The notes: generated by a model from the sequence alone, not told the origin. 63,994 bases of DNA, filler included, from Sluysia triapertura (GCA_046118255.1; 5 parts of 5 records of this genome joined end to end with filler, not necessarily neighbours in it); one strand, 5' to 3'; shown: positions 40,142 through 54,143, counted from the whole stretch's first letter. Numbers and translations are program-made.

Positions 40142-43100
40142 GTGAATCTTTTTTATTTTATTAGTGAATGTTGACTAATAAATAATATTGACTTGATTAT
40201 TTTTATTTTAATAAATTACATTCATTTCAAAGTAGTAAATATGTAGAATATTTAATTTAAATTATCGATTAAGAAACGTAAGAAATAAATAATGCATTCA
40301 TGTTTATTGATTTTTACATTTATAAAAATATACTCTCAATTTGCAATGATATTTACTTAATGAGCGCATTGCCAGTGTGTGTAAAAACAATTTAACATAA
40401 ACATTTCAGTGTTAAATTTCAAATATAAGTGCTTTCTTATGTAAATTGTATACTTTTGGTAAAGTTTTGAACAATTTTAATTTTTAAAATTGTCCATACA
40501 TTAAAATTATAGGCTTTTCAAACAATCGTTAAAGATGTAATTATTACATGAATTATTATAAAATCACTAAGTAATATTGATCAAAATACAATAAATTTCA
40601 ATATTACTTAGCATAAACTCTAGTTATCACTATTCGAAGCGATTATCATCAACATTCAAATATTTTGAACTACAATAAATATGCGATTTTTAGAAAGTTG
40701 CTTTTCATATATTCTAGATATTCTAGGTCTAATCAAATTTATATAGCTTTTTAAGGTAAAGTTTTTCTATTAATGATCATATATTATCGTACATTAATTA
40801 TCACATCAAAAATAGGAAACATGCAGCATAAAGTATGAAAATTGGCCACTAATATGATTTAGATTAAATTAATTTTTTAGTCATTATATGGGTTTGATAA
40901 AGATTCCAAATTTACGGTATGTATGTACAAATAATTTGAATTATTGTAAACTTTTAATATGTTAATAATAGAATCATAGACATGGCACTTGTCTATGAAT
41001 TTGGAAAAATAAGTTAGTAATACTCACTTCTATTGAATTAAACAATAAGTTTATCTAAATCCTATCAAGAAAAAATTAGAATTTTAAAGGAATTGTTAAG
41101 TTAGTTAACGAATTACATAATTATGTCTGAGTTAATTTTGATTTTAAGGCAATTTTAGATTAAAAATTTTACACTTGATTTATTTTATTTTAGAGGATAT
41201 TCAGTTAATAAAGTAACTAATTTTAATAGTGAGAAGAAAAATTAATCGAACAATATTTACATTGTTTTTTATTGATATTTGTAATTATTTTTTTAGTCTT
41301 CATTTTGTTTTATCAATTTTTATAAATTTTTAATTTTACGACGACATGAATTTGTTGTTTCATTGCGGTTTTATCTTGTTTTTTATTAAAAAATTATACA
41401 AGTTTAATTTTAATGTGGTAATAATAAAATAAGATAAACTTTAATTGCTGATTTATGTTAAACTATAAATGTTGAATGTTTTATTCACAAATCTACAATT
41501 ACTTAATATTTTCTATCATTTAAATCTAGTAAAATTGAATAAATGTTAGTATTTAAATTAATAAATTTAAAAAATATTAACATTATAATTGTAGAATTAA
41601 GCAGAAAGTATTATAATTTATTTAAGTATGGATTAAGTATTATAAAATGATTTAAAAAATATCATTTTGCTTTACATTTTATTCATTGTAATTTAAATTT
41701 TGTACATTATTGCAATAAATGTGATATAAATATTTAAATTATCTATTCATTATTTGTTTAATAAACACCTGTCATACTATACTTGTCATGTAAATCTTTG
41801 TGTTGTAAAACCATTTTACTAAAAATAACATTAGGTAATATATTTCATAAATTTACTGAAAATATTTATCAAATATCTTATTTTTATAATTAAGTTTTTG
41901 CTATTTAGATTTGAAATATATTGCTGGTTTTTATTTATTAGTTTTAGTTTTGTATCATGTATTTTTAGAGCGTTAAATTTAGCGAAAATTTTTGCCTCAT
42001 AACAGAATTAAATTTAATGTTAGATATTTATTTTAGAATAAGATTATATTTTTAGGCTGTGAAATATTGAATAGTTTCATAGTTTTGTAAGGATTTTACT
42101 TTTCTAATTTCATATTGGTTAAGTTAGGGATGCCCAACCTCTAAAATTTTCCGGATTACTGATGAACAAAAAATAAAAATTATTAATTTATGAACTTTGA
42201 ATAAATATAATTATTTGAGTATGATCTTAATCTCATTGCTAAAGTCGCTTATAAAATAATAGTATTTTAAAATGGTATTTGTATTTTTAGTTATACTCGA
42301 ATAAGTTTGTAAGTTGACGATTTTTTTGAGCACTAAGCTGCCAGTGAATTTCGAATTGGATTAAGATTTACATTGTACGGTTTTTATACTTTTTTTCCAA
42401 TATTTTAAGTTTAACATCATTTTAATAAGTACTTTTTATACAGTTTTTGAGAATTCTATTAAGTTAAACACGCTTTTTGATTTAAATACGCGAACTAAAA
42501 TTTGTTATAATGCTTTGAAAGTATGTTAAGATGTGAAATATTTGATATTTTTTAAAAGACGATATAATATTTAATCTTGTGTAAATATTAAAACTTGTCC
42601 TTCGTAAAACATTTCTCAATAAATTTACAACTATAATATTTAAGAAATTAAACGTTTCTTATTGGATACTTCTGTAATAAAATAAAAAAAATTTACTGTA
42701 AATTTTGGTTTTTTAAATCTTTATTGAGTTACCTGAGTTCCTTTCTACAAAATATTTAAAGAAAATATTGCTAAAAAATGATTTTAGTTTTCATAATCAC
42801 TATGTTGGCTAATTAATTTTTTGAAATTTTTATTCAACGGTATGAAGTAATATATATTTATTTAATGTGTAGTAAGTCGATTATTTAGTTTTATTTCTGT
42901 AATCGAATCATAAATACGAAATATTTTGTAACTAATCTATTCATCTTAAAAAATTCATCGGTATATCGAAATAATATTCTTCTGATGATGATGCTGATAA
43001 AAATAAAATAAACTTTATAAATAAAATAGATTTATTTTTGTTTTCAAAGTATAATTTAGTTGAAAGCAAATAAAACATTTTAGAAATGTCCTAACGCGTA

Positions 43101-46100
43101 TTTCATAAAACTATTAAAATTTTAAAACATTTTCGCACAATATGCAAAGAATACCATATGATCTTTATAAAGTAAGACAACATGATTTTATGTTTCATTT
43201 CCAGATTTTAATTAACCGTTTACAAATATGCTAATAAATTTTTTACCGATCTTTGAATTATTTGAAAAACAATTGAGTTACAATAAATTTTAAATATAAA
43301 GTGCTTTATTTGCAAAAAAATAATTTTAATTTATTTTTGAAAAATTAATTATTTCTTAAACCAACCAACGTTACAGAATTTTTATCCAGGAAATACTTGA
43401 TTTAAAGAAACTTTAGATTATTTGTGCCTAAGTAATGCACAAATACTTTTACTGATCAGGGATGGTATAAAATGTACCGATTAATAAAACTGTTTTAACC
43501 TAAAGAGTATAAAATATTCAATTATACATGAATTAAAAAATTAAAATTTCAAATATATTAAATTATTTTTATGTTTAACATTAATTTATTAAGCATTTGT
43601 GTGTTAAAATTGTTCTAATAACCGAAAATGTTTATTTTTGTTTTATTTCTAATATTGATATTTTTAGAATTTTATTAAAAGCTATTTTGATTTTCAGGAA
43701 ATTGTAAACTGCTGGTTAATTATAACTATATTTAAGTATTTATTAAATCCTGCCCCTTTATTTTAAAATGTTTTGAATATATTTTATAGCAGTTGTTCAC
43801 TAAGAAATACTAGTTAGTCCGCAGTGTTATTTTACTTAAAAATTTTGATAACGCGAATAAAATCGCATGACAAATTGATTTATTATTTTTCAAGTTTTTT
43901 TCATGCACTTGCACCCATAGTAATCCGCGTTTAAGGTCACTGTCGTAGTTTAATTCATTATTTCGATGAAAATTACATTAACTTTGGTAAAATTAATGTT
44001 TTTATATTTAAATGATTACTAAGATTTATTAATTTGCTACTGCTTGATTGTTTAAATTTACTAAATATTTAAATAAGTTTTGACGTGTTTTTGTTTATTG
44101 ACATTTTAAGTTTAGTTTTTATGTTAAATTTCAAATTATATGTAACTAGTTTTATACTCAATAATGTTAAAATATATTTTGTACTTTTTTTATTTAGTTT
44201 GTGGTGTAACCACTCAACTTAGAATAAATTTTTTGGGATCGCTGTATTTGTTATGTTTTAACTAATGTTAATCGAATTGTATTCTAATAGATAATATCCT
44301 TTGGTGGTTCTAATTCCCAATATATGTACTTATACTTTGAAAACTTAAACTAATTTTATTACTAATGTATTTGTAAATTGTTCCAAAACACATTTTGCTT
44401 ATTATCAGGAAAATAATTTGAAGTTCGCGATAATTTATGTTCATGATGGGAGTACATATGATTTTTCTTAGTTCTTTTTAAACTGATCAAATAATAACAG
44501 TTATTTCCGTCAAAAGCGCCTAATTCATAAACAAAGTCAAGGAAATAGTTTTGTAAGAGTAATTACAATAAAAAATAAATTTAATTTTAGATTTAAATAA
44601 GATCTAATTAAGTCGACGGATATATCTGCGCCTATGTACCACTTAATAATAAATCCTAGCAAATATAATTGTTTTCTTCGGGTTCGCCTGAAGTCGGTGA
44701 TTTATATGCGAACAAGATTTGGTTCAGGATTTTCTTTAACGATAATGCTACGGAAGGTAGATTCTTACTCTTGGCAAATTTACTATAAATGTCAAAAAAT
44801 TCAATAGAGGATCACAAGTGAATATTATAAATTAACGTGTATCTTTTTTAATTATCCTTAGATGTTTATACACAAATATGAATACTTTTACTTTTGTATA
44901 ATTTCCTTAACTGATTTAAAATATTCATACAATCAACTAGCTTTTAGTTATTTAAAAGATAAAAATAAACGATACCAAAGGTTTATTATAAAATAGTGTT
45001 AAATAAAATAGAAACAATATAAACAATATATGATGATAATAATAATAGAAAATTAAAAATTAATTTTTTCCACGTAATCACAAAATTTTAGTTTTACAAA
45101 TTAAGATTGAGCCAGATATAATATTTGGCTTGTAAAAATAATTAATGAAATTTTACGTAAAATATTATTCCTAAAAATTGTAGGACAAAGCTTATCAGGA
45201 AAAATCTTACGATTGCATGGATATATTTTGTTTAATAATTTTCCATTGCCACCGTTAGTAACGAATTGAATATAACAACTGTTATGATGTTTACCATGTT
45301 CGACCTGTAGTTTTGTCTATAATGATGATAACAACCACTTGATGTCGAGATTCGATCGATGAATTTATTGAGCAACCTAAATGTTCCAATACTATAATTT
45401 CAAGAAACTTGTACTGACTTTAAAAATTTTTGTGTTAACTTCGCGACTATTGAGTCTGAGAGCTTTTAGTTTTTTTATATAATAAATCCAAACAGTCGTA
45501 AAAGTTTTATTTCTAGACAAGAAAATTGTAGAGTTTATTATTTAAACGATAAAATTGTGATAAAATTATAGAGTTTTTATTATTAATATTACTATAATAA
45601 TATAATAATATTATAAAATTGTAATATCTTTTTTAATGTTTTTATATACTTAGTAAATTCAACATCTATTTATTTGTACATTATTTCTTAAAATGTTTTT
45701 TATTAAGTTTTTAAAATTTCTAAAATAAATTTAATTTAAAAATTATTACATTTACATACATGTAGACTCCTTGCCATGTTTTTCAATTTTAGATAGACGC
45801 CCTTTCACTTTGAAAGATTTAAATTTCTAACAGTAGTGAAGCACCTGTAGCCGTGATTCCCTATAGCACCTATAGCACATATAGCCGTGGTCTTATCGAT
45901 CCCCAGGAGAGAGTGAGACACGCATAAAATGCTCCGAGGTAAGTGGAAGCAGTTTTAGACCGACGATATTAATTATATTAATATTATATTTTTGTAATTT
46001 TTTTAATGCCAAAATTATATCAATTAAACTGTTTTTTGCAATTTTTGAAATTTCTTGCCATTGGCCCCCAATTTTTTTCGCTCACGTAGACCACATGCAG

Positions 46101-47049
46101 GTTTTCATCGACCTGTACTGTTTTAAACTATGTACATTATCCTTTTCGATGGCAATAATCTCATATTCAATTCAACATCACTTCATCATTCTAAATAAGA
46201 GTAATTTAATTAGAATTGAGAATTATTTAAAATTTGACTTTGCTCAATATTAAGATTTTCCTTATCATTATCTAAAAATCTTACTAGAACAAACTAATAT
46301 ATACAATAACAATTATCATAGCATGCGCATTCAAACGTTATTTTAAAAACATAATTTTCCTTAATTAAGTTAATTAATATTTTAATTAAATAATCTATTT
46401 TTAAAACATCCTATTTTATGGTTAAATGTTTTATTAAGGTTCTAAAGTTGTTTGGCGCTTAGTACAGTATGCTAATTATAAACATATCAAATTTGTCTTT
46501 GTTCAAGGTAACAATGATTTTATTTCGCAAGCATTTTAAGATTTTAAGTAATGTGCGAGGTTTCTCAAAGGGCTTAAACACTCGTCAAGATTTCAGAAAT
46601 CTTCAATGGTCTCAATATTCACAAGCTCAAAAGTGCTTTAATGCTTTAAAACGTTTAAAACATAATTTCACGTTCCTTATTCTCCATTCTTTAATCCAAT
46701 CAAAAATGTTTTTCTTTTTTATAAAAAGAATTCAAACGAATAATTCACTGATTAATGATTAACAAAAAGGTGTACAAATAATTATAAAAGAATAAATATT
46801 AAAAACAACACAAATTTTCAATCATATTCAATCGTAAAAGTATTTTTATCACATTTTAAAAGACATTTTATTTAGTTAATTTAAATATGTTATAAATATT
46901 TTACAAATAAAATCACATTTATTTTTATTTAATTCCAAAATGTAATATTTTTAAAAAGAATCATCTTGATCATTGAAAATAATGTAGTGGAAGAAATGGT
47001 AATAATATTAATGGTTTAATCATCATCTTTAACAAATTTTTGGTTTTAG

Positions 47050-47212
47050 GAACTTTTCTATTCAGTCCTTTAATTGAATACTTTAATTCTGAATACGGTT
47101 GGCAAGGAACAATGCTTTTAGTTGGAGGATTGATTTTTAATTGCTTTGCATGTGGAGCAATATATAAGCCACCAAAAAACGTTGATTTTTATGATGTTTC
47201 TTCTCAGAAGTC
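47050..47212 (+). CDS. Single exon of an MFS monocarboxylate transporter (SLC16/MCT-like)
   Basis: GTFLFSPLIEYFNSEYGWQGTMLLVGGLIFNCFACGAIYKP matches the MCT TM5-TM6 signature. Acceptor ttttAG at 47048-47049; the donor position is approximate (GTTAGT at 47213). Confidence 0.75.
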
Positions 47213-47786
47213 GTTAGTAATTATTATTTTTTATATTTATAAATAAATATTAACTTATTTTTGAAGTAATAAATTTATAACTTTTTAAGAGTTCTAATAA
47301 TCATGTTATACTCAATACATTGTATAAAATACTTCTCTAAACATTCAGTTTTACAATAATAAAATAAAATGTGTTGGGTATACAATGTAAAATGGGAATA
47401 TGGATTAGACATACACTTTGGTCAAACTGTTAATATTACAATTTCAATCGATTATAAAACTTACATTGAATAAAAAATTCAGATTTTATTTTAAAATTCT
47501 ACTTTGTGTATTTTCAAATCCAATTATTAACATTTTATTTTCATTTAATCACCATAATCCAAAATATTAATTTCACATAAATGAAACAAATAAAATTTAT
47601 TTAAATGATGCTACTACATACACTGAAATATTGCAAATAAAATTGTAATCATCGTTATTGATATTTTATCCAAGTAAATATGAATAATTCAATAAAACAT
47701 CATTAATACTTAGCATGTCGTTTAATATCATTGTATGACTATTTTAAATATCGTGTTGAAGTTCTTTGTAATTAAGAATTATGCTA

Positions 47787-47930
47787 CACACCTATTCCTC
47801 GTTTTATACGGTTTAAAAAAACTTTAAATTAAATATTAAAAATTTGTTCCTTTATTTTTATTTTCAATATTTAATTTTAAATATTTTTTGAACAATGTAA
47901 AAGTAAAACGTCAAAAACGAGGGATGTATA
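47787..47930. mobile_element. Short Tigger-like MITE (family also at 57564-57690)
   Basis: Inverted ends cctcgtttt / aaaacgagg. The internal stretch ttcaatatttaattttaaat(a)ttttttgaac is shared with the 57.6-kb copy on another contig. Confidence 0.5.
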
Positions 47931-48519
47931 CTACTAATGGCACATTTTGTTATATTTATCCCCCCAGTTTATTTTGTGTCCAAGTTGGATCAGACTTCCG
48001 TCGAAATCTTCTGATTCCCTGACAGTATGCTATAAATATAAATTTCAAATGAATCACGCGACGCATTTATTTTAATTTCTTTTAACATCCGATTATTCAT
48101 CCATGCTCTCCAAAATTAGTTTCCTCATTCATCATTACCTCTTCAAACCATCTGTACATGGATATATCGCGTATTAATAAGTCCACAAGATACCAACAAA
48201 TCTTGAATTAATGCATAATAAAAAGTAGTCTGCAAATTTAACTAATGTCTCTACTTTCGATTTTCTAGGCATTCATTATATTTCTTGCTGAAGCTTACTT
48301 AAATGAGCGACTCCAATGTTCATTAGTTAGTTGAAAAAAAGTTATTCCTTCGGGCATGCTGGTGCTGAGTCCCAGTGTTCAAGATATCACTGGTTTTTCA
48401 CGTACTAATAGATTTAAAAGGATATTTGAAAATCTAAGAATCCGAAACCCTTACTGACTTATCTAATACTAACTGGAAAATCAAAATTAAGATAATAATT
48501 GGTGATTGTGTATACAGCA

Positions 48520-48665
48520 AAATTTTTCTTTCTGAGGTTCCATCTATTTGGCACTCTATTATTAAACAAAAATTTTAGTCTTTGCAGTTTAATTTATTCA
48601 GCACACCGGAAAATTCAGATTTTGTGGACTGTTGATCCAACACTTTCCATGGCATGCCGGATAAA
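48520..48665 (-). mobile_element. CR1-like LINE 3' fragment
   Basis: The minus strand reads G.PWKV... and KFLFNNRVPNRWNL, resembling the CR1 ORF2 terminal motifs RGH..K and FF.NRVV..WN.L. Confidence 0.45.
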
Positions 48666-48746
48666 TCCGGAGAATAACAAAATAAAAACAAAACAAAAAT
48701 GTATTCTTACAGATAGATTAAATATTTAATATAAATTAAACATACT

Positions 48747-49038
48747 TTAAAATTTTTCATACGTTATTTCTGTTATTTGTCTTAGACTAATATCTTTAAT
48801 AATAATTCTAATATGTAAAATGATACATGAAGACATTATTATAAAAACAACAATTAGAGTGCTAAAACTTATCATTTCTTTATAGTAAAAATGTTTTGAA
48901 TCATAGTTAAGGTATACGAAATCCACAAAACTATGTAATATAACTGAAATAGTTGTAAAAAGGAGAAAAAACGTAAAACCGAAAGTTAAAATTGCTACGT
49001 TGAATTTGTATTGTTTTGATAAAATAAATGAACAAATA
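48747..49038 (-). CDS. Putative exon of a multi-pass membrane protein
   Basis: An open frame with two hydrophobic helices follows a candidate acceptor at 49040-49039. It faintly resembles the post-DHHC TM region, but no diagnostic motif is present. Confidence 0.3.
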
Positions 49039-49465
49039 CTAGCCGATATATAAAAAAAATCAAATAACATAGCATCATATAGATATTAATAAGATTAAAA
49101 TAACAGCTTTGCTTAGCCAAAAACCAGTTAGTTGTTATCATACTTACCAATATAATAGAACATAAACTATAAAAAATGCCGTAAATCAAATGTTTCATAT
49201 TATATGATGATAATGAACTGAGTAACGTTTTGGTTTCAAAAGAAAATCGGAAAACATTAATCTTCTTATTAAAAGTTTTATTTTGAACAATTGTTAAATT
49301 CATTTCTTAAATATGTTTTATTCAATAATTTAATTATTAATTCGAATTTTTGAAAAGATATAAATCGTAATAATAATAATAGTTCATGATTGTATATTTA
49401 CAATGTTGATTAAAACGAAGTTTTGCCATGAAAATTATTATAAAAGTTATTATAAAAGTTATTAT

Positions 49466-49565
49466 NNNNNNNNNNNNNNNNNNNNNNNNNNNNNNNNNNN
49501 NNNNNNNNNTTAATTAATTAANNNNNNNNNNNNNNNNNNNNNNNNNNNNNNNNNNNNNNNNNNNN
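49466..49565. other. Artificial contig linker
   Basis: N44-TTAATTAATTAA-N44. Confidence 0.97.
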
Positions 49566-51039
49566 TTTTTAGAGTATAAAATAGTATCCAGACATAGTTA
49601 AATTTGATAAAGATTTAATAAAATAAAATTAAAGAGACAACGCATAAGATTTCAAAGACTTAAAAGAAGTCGAGACTAAAGTTTTACATTAACACATTTT
49701 ACATATAAACAACAAAAATAAAAAATTATTACAATACCAAGATATTCATTTTGACTTTGCTATTGAATCTGCACTGATTCGTTTATTAACACTTATCAAT
49801 CATTGAAGATAATCACTGTGCATTACAAACTCAATACGTTAGTAAAATTCTTTAAATATTTAATGTCAGAGCTCGGGAAATCTTACACTATATTACGAGT
49901 TTTGAATAATAGTTATTAATTAAAAATAACATTACATTATAACATATCAGACTAAGAAGAGCATAAACACTAGTAATTAACGGAAACATAGTAAACATAG
50001 CTGCATTTATTTAAAGATTACTGGATTTTCAGAATTCTAATTATTGATACGAAAAATTTAATTAATATCAAAGATTTTCAGGACTTTAATTTTTAATTCA
50101 AATTTTATAGAATTTGTGAAAGAATTTTCAGAATTTGGAGATCTAGTTAATATTATTTGGTAACAGTTAATTTTCAGTTATATACGACGGGTTTCATTGG
50201 TAAGTATAATTTTTTATCTGAATGTAAGATTAATATACTAAACCTTTAAATTAAAGCATATAATTTGATTTTTTATTAAATTAAATTTTATCTAAATTGA
50301 GCTATAAAATTTAAATGTAATTCAAACTGATAAATAAAGTTTGGCTTCGATCATATCATACCGCTTTCGTTTTATTGTTATAGTCTAATTTTACTTATTT
50401 CTTTTTACTATTAAGAGAATTTGGTATAAAGCAATACATAGATCGCATCTGAACACCAGCAAAATAAAATATCAAAATTATTTTCGAAATGTCATGCCTT
50501 TATGCCATTTAATTTTTTTGATTTTCATCAATGAAACATCTTATTTATTTATACTCGAAATAATACATAACATATCAATTAAAGTTAACTTTTAAAAATT
50601 ATATTCATTTTTTATTAAAATATTAATATATTAAAATAACTCTCAAAAGTATAATTGCAGTCATTATTCTCCATTCATGTCCAATGTCTCTTATATACGA
50701 TCTCTCACAACCTTTTGCCAACTATAAAAAATGTGTCCCATCGACTTTACAATAACTTACTACCATTCAAGTTTCTATTCATGAATATCACTACTGCATT
50801 AATACAATTTACTTAAGCATTATGAAGCATTTTTGCTTCTTAATCGTGAATACAATTTAAACGAAAGTGTTATGTTATAACAACCATATATTTTAATTTA
50901 TGGTCGCTGGAAATAACGGATGCATGAAATAAAATGTTTGAATTCTGTTTCGAACTCTGTATTTTTATTTTATTTTTAAATTTATTATTGTAAATAATGT
51001 TTAATATTACTTTGTCTATTCCTAAAAACTTAAGAAGTC

Positions 51040-51561
51040 TTAAACTAACTCAAAATTTCCACTTTTAAAAAGCATTGTAATAACAGTTTCTCCATTGCTA
51101 TTAACAATCCCAACATCAGCACCATGAATAAGAAAAAGCATAACTATTTTCTCCAAATTTTTTTCTAAATTTATCTTAATTATAAATAATAAAATGTGCA
51201 CAGATTTACTAACATTTTTCGCATTTTGAGTGGCAGAATAATTCGAAACACTTAAATGAAGTGGCGTATCTCCAGATTTATCTTGAGAATTAAGCAGATT
51301 CATTTTTTCATTTTTAAAATTGAGAATTACAATTATTTGTTCTAACAGAAGATAAAGCGCAGCCCAATGTAAAATATTGCGACCATCATTATCAACAGAT
51401 AAAATTGAAAAATCAGTTGAAAGAATAATATTTATTAAATGTTTCAGAAATTCTTCTTTACTCTCACTTTTGTCAAAAAATCGATCAAATAAGCTGGTAT
51501 GCCGTAATAAATTTGGAATACATTTACAAGTATTTGAAACCAATTTCGGTATTTTATCAAT
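51040..51561 (-). CDS. Ankyrin-repeat protein, 3' exon(s)
   Basis: Contains DNDGRNILHWAA, QDKSGDTPLHLSV and LFLIHGADVGIVNSNGET. Acceptor at 51563-51562, with a probable in-frame 39-nt intron at 51213-51175. Small upstream exons likely extend to about 52.4 kb but were not resolved. Confidence 0.8.
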   Translation of the reverse strand: MDKIPKLVSNTCKCIPNLLRHTSLFDRFFDKSESKEEFLKHLINIILSTDFSILSVDNDGRNILHWAALYLLLEQIIVILNFKNEKMNLLNSQDKSGDTPLHLSVSNYSATQNAKNVSKSVHILLFIIKINLEKNLEKIVMLFLIHGADVGIVNSNGETVITMLFKSGNFELV

Positions 51562-52977
51562 CTAAAGATTACACAATATTACAAATAATTATAATCCTGA
51601 ACATTATCTTGTAAAAATGAAATTAAATCACTGAAAAACAACAAGCGTTAATTCTAAAGGTATCAATTTGAGTTATCCAAAATTTGAAAACAAATTATTC
51701 ATATTTACTATAAATAATTAATCATTTTCAAATGTTATAATTAAATAACTAATATTTAAACATGACTATTACATTTTAATTATAATTATCAGCGGATTTT
51801 TAATTGTCTAAAACATTTAATTTAAATTTTAATAAAAAATGCATTACTTTATATAATGATGAATAAGAACAATTCAACAATGTATTATTTTTTAACAACA
51901 GTTTTTTGTCTAATAATTAAAAATTACATTAATAAATAATGAACAATTAAAAACATAAAAAATAAAATATTCTTAAAAACAAATAAAAACATTTACGTAA
52001 TTTAAGGTAAGTTCAAAATTTTGAATTAAATTATGCTATGAATAGTTACTTTTTTTCAATCATCGATTTAGAAAATTGTAAACACCAGATTCTTTAATTT
52101 CAACATAAAATTATTTTTGAAACAGTTGTCTGTATTAAGAAATCTGTTTCAATATTTAAAAATACTTACTGCTGACTGAGTTCTAACTTTTACGTCTGGT
52201 TTAACAATCTGCGAATTAAATTTATTGAATAAATATATAATCATAAAAGCATATTGTGCATTATTCACTGTTCAATATTTTTTTTAATATAATTTTTTTG
52301 TCCTGCATAGAATTATAAAATAATTACAGTAAAATTACAATTCCTACCTATACTAAAATTCATTAATTTATTTAATTTAAAATTCGATTGTCCCTGATCT
52401 CAAAACACCACGGACTGAATCATAAACACTATCCTAGAATATCTTGTAAATAAACTTGTAAAGTATATTAATTGTAATTATTTATGAATTGTGTTTTATG
52501 TATTTTATAATTGATTTTAAAAAAATTTTATTATTATTATATAATTAATGAAAAAATGATAAAATTACTAAAATGTATAAAATTATTAAATTATTATAAA
52601 ATTAAATTATAAAATTATTCTTAAATTAGAAGTTAAAAAATTGAAATAAAAACGTTAATATAAAAAATTATAAAATTAAATTTGTTTAAATCAGAAAATT
52701 AATAAATTTTGTTTAAATATATTAACTAATTTAAAAGAACAAAGGTTATTTATTTTTAGAAATTAAAATTATTTTTTAGGTAGCCATTTTGAAAAATAAT
52801 TTACATATAAATAATGATAAATTTTAGTTGAGAGAACACAAGAAAATTAGTTCAAGAAAAATTACTTAGCAGTTCAAACATTCAGTCCATGTTTATCAAG
52901 TAATTAATTTTTCATAAGATTATAACTTCACTTTATATAGGAAGTTTAAAATATTACGTAAATTAATTTCATTTTAT

Positions 52978-53436
52978 ACAACACCTTACACGGGTTGTGT
53001 AACTTATTTTTTAAAATCAAATAGTTCAGCAACTGAGGTTGACTAGAACTTTAAAAAATCATTATTAGTATTATATTTGTTATTTGACGTTATTGTTTGT
53101 AAGCTGTAATATATTTTAAGACATTTTGTTTCATAAGTTGTTAATAAATATTTAACATTATTTAAGAAGTTTTGTCTTATTAATCTAAAATACATTTTTG
53201 CTAAAGCAACACCTTAATACGGGTTGCGTAACATATAAATTCATCAAAAAGTTTTTAAAAGCAACACCTTAATACGGGTTGCGTAATCTCCTAAAATACT
53301 AAACGATTTTCAAAGCAACACCTTACTAAGGGTTGCGTAATGTATACTTATTTTGAAAAAAGCAACACCTTAATACGGGTTGCGTAATTTATAAAATATA
53401 AAAGCTTCATTTGAACAACACCTAAAAAAGGGTTGT
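52978..53436. repeat. Interspaced array of six bulged-hairpin repeats (CRISPR-like layout, no cas genes)
   Basis: Cores start at 52978, 53206, 53261, 53315, 53362 and 53415. Consensus AAAGCAACACCTTAATACGGGTTGCGTAA, with divergent 17-25 nt spacers between the last five copies. Confidence 0.92.
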
Positions 53437-54143
53437 AGAATTAATTAAAAGTTAAGTTAATAGTTAATAGTTTAAGAAAATCTAATAGTGCGTCTCCAAT
53501 AGTGGTATAAAGCGTATATATTAGGCGAACCGACTCCAGATAATTTGCTTAAGTTTAAGAAAAACACTAGCACATTTAACGAATTATTAACTCTATTTTT
53601 ATTCTTTTTCGTTTTGTAACTATAAATATAGTGTCCATTTTTACTTAGTCATTTTAAATAGGCTCGTAAAATTAAATGGCTTTAAAAAACCTAAAAACTA
53701 ATTGTATTATTTACAAACAGTCATTTTAAATAGAATCCTAAAATCATTATTTAATTAAATTTTGAATCGTTTAAAGCTCAAAAAATAAATAAGAACATTT
53801 GCTATATTGAGACAATAGTTATTGCACATAAGATAAGTATAAGTTATTATTGACATTCGTATTCTTAGAATACAAAACCTTGTGTAATTATTGTTCATCT
53901 TCAAATTAATAAAATATATTAATAAAATTAAATTAATAAATTAATAAAATTCTTCACATTAAATTCGTTTTATGATTCTTATATAAGTACTTAGATCCAA
54001 ATTAACCTTTCATATAAGACATAGGGAATATTAAAGGTGATATTATTTTAATCAATCATTTTATTTGTATATTATTCTCTTAAATGAAAGTATTATTAAA
54101 ATAATGTTTGTTATATACATTTATAATTTTGTTTTTAAATAAG

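Noticed and set aside
42150-42180. Hammerhead ribozyme core (CTGATGA)
   Set aside because: No correctly placed GAAA or flanking helices were found at this or the other CTGATGA sites I checked.
11389-49565. TTAATTAATTAA palindromes recurring every 11-14 kb
   Set aside because: Each is centred in exactly 44+44 Ns, so it is a synthetic six-frame-stop linker and not biology.
48747-51561. Ankyrin exon plus TM exon as one ZDHHC13/17-like gene
   Set aside because: They lie on different contigs across an artificial linker, the ankyrin frame ends in a stop, and no DHHC motif is visible.
52978-53436. Calling the array a true CRISPR locus
   Set aside because: The context is eukaryotic with introns, there are no cas genes, and the spacers are short, AT-rich and weakly related to each other. 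It is kept as an unexplained hairpin array.
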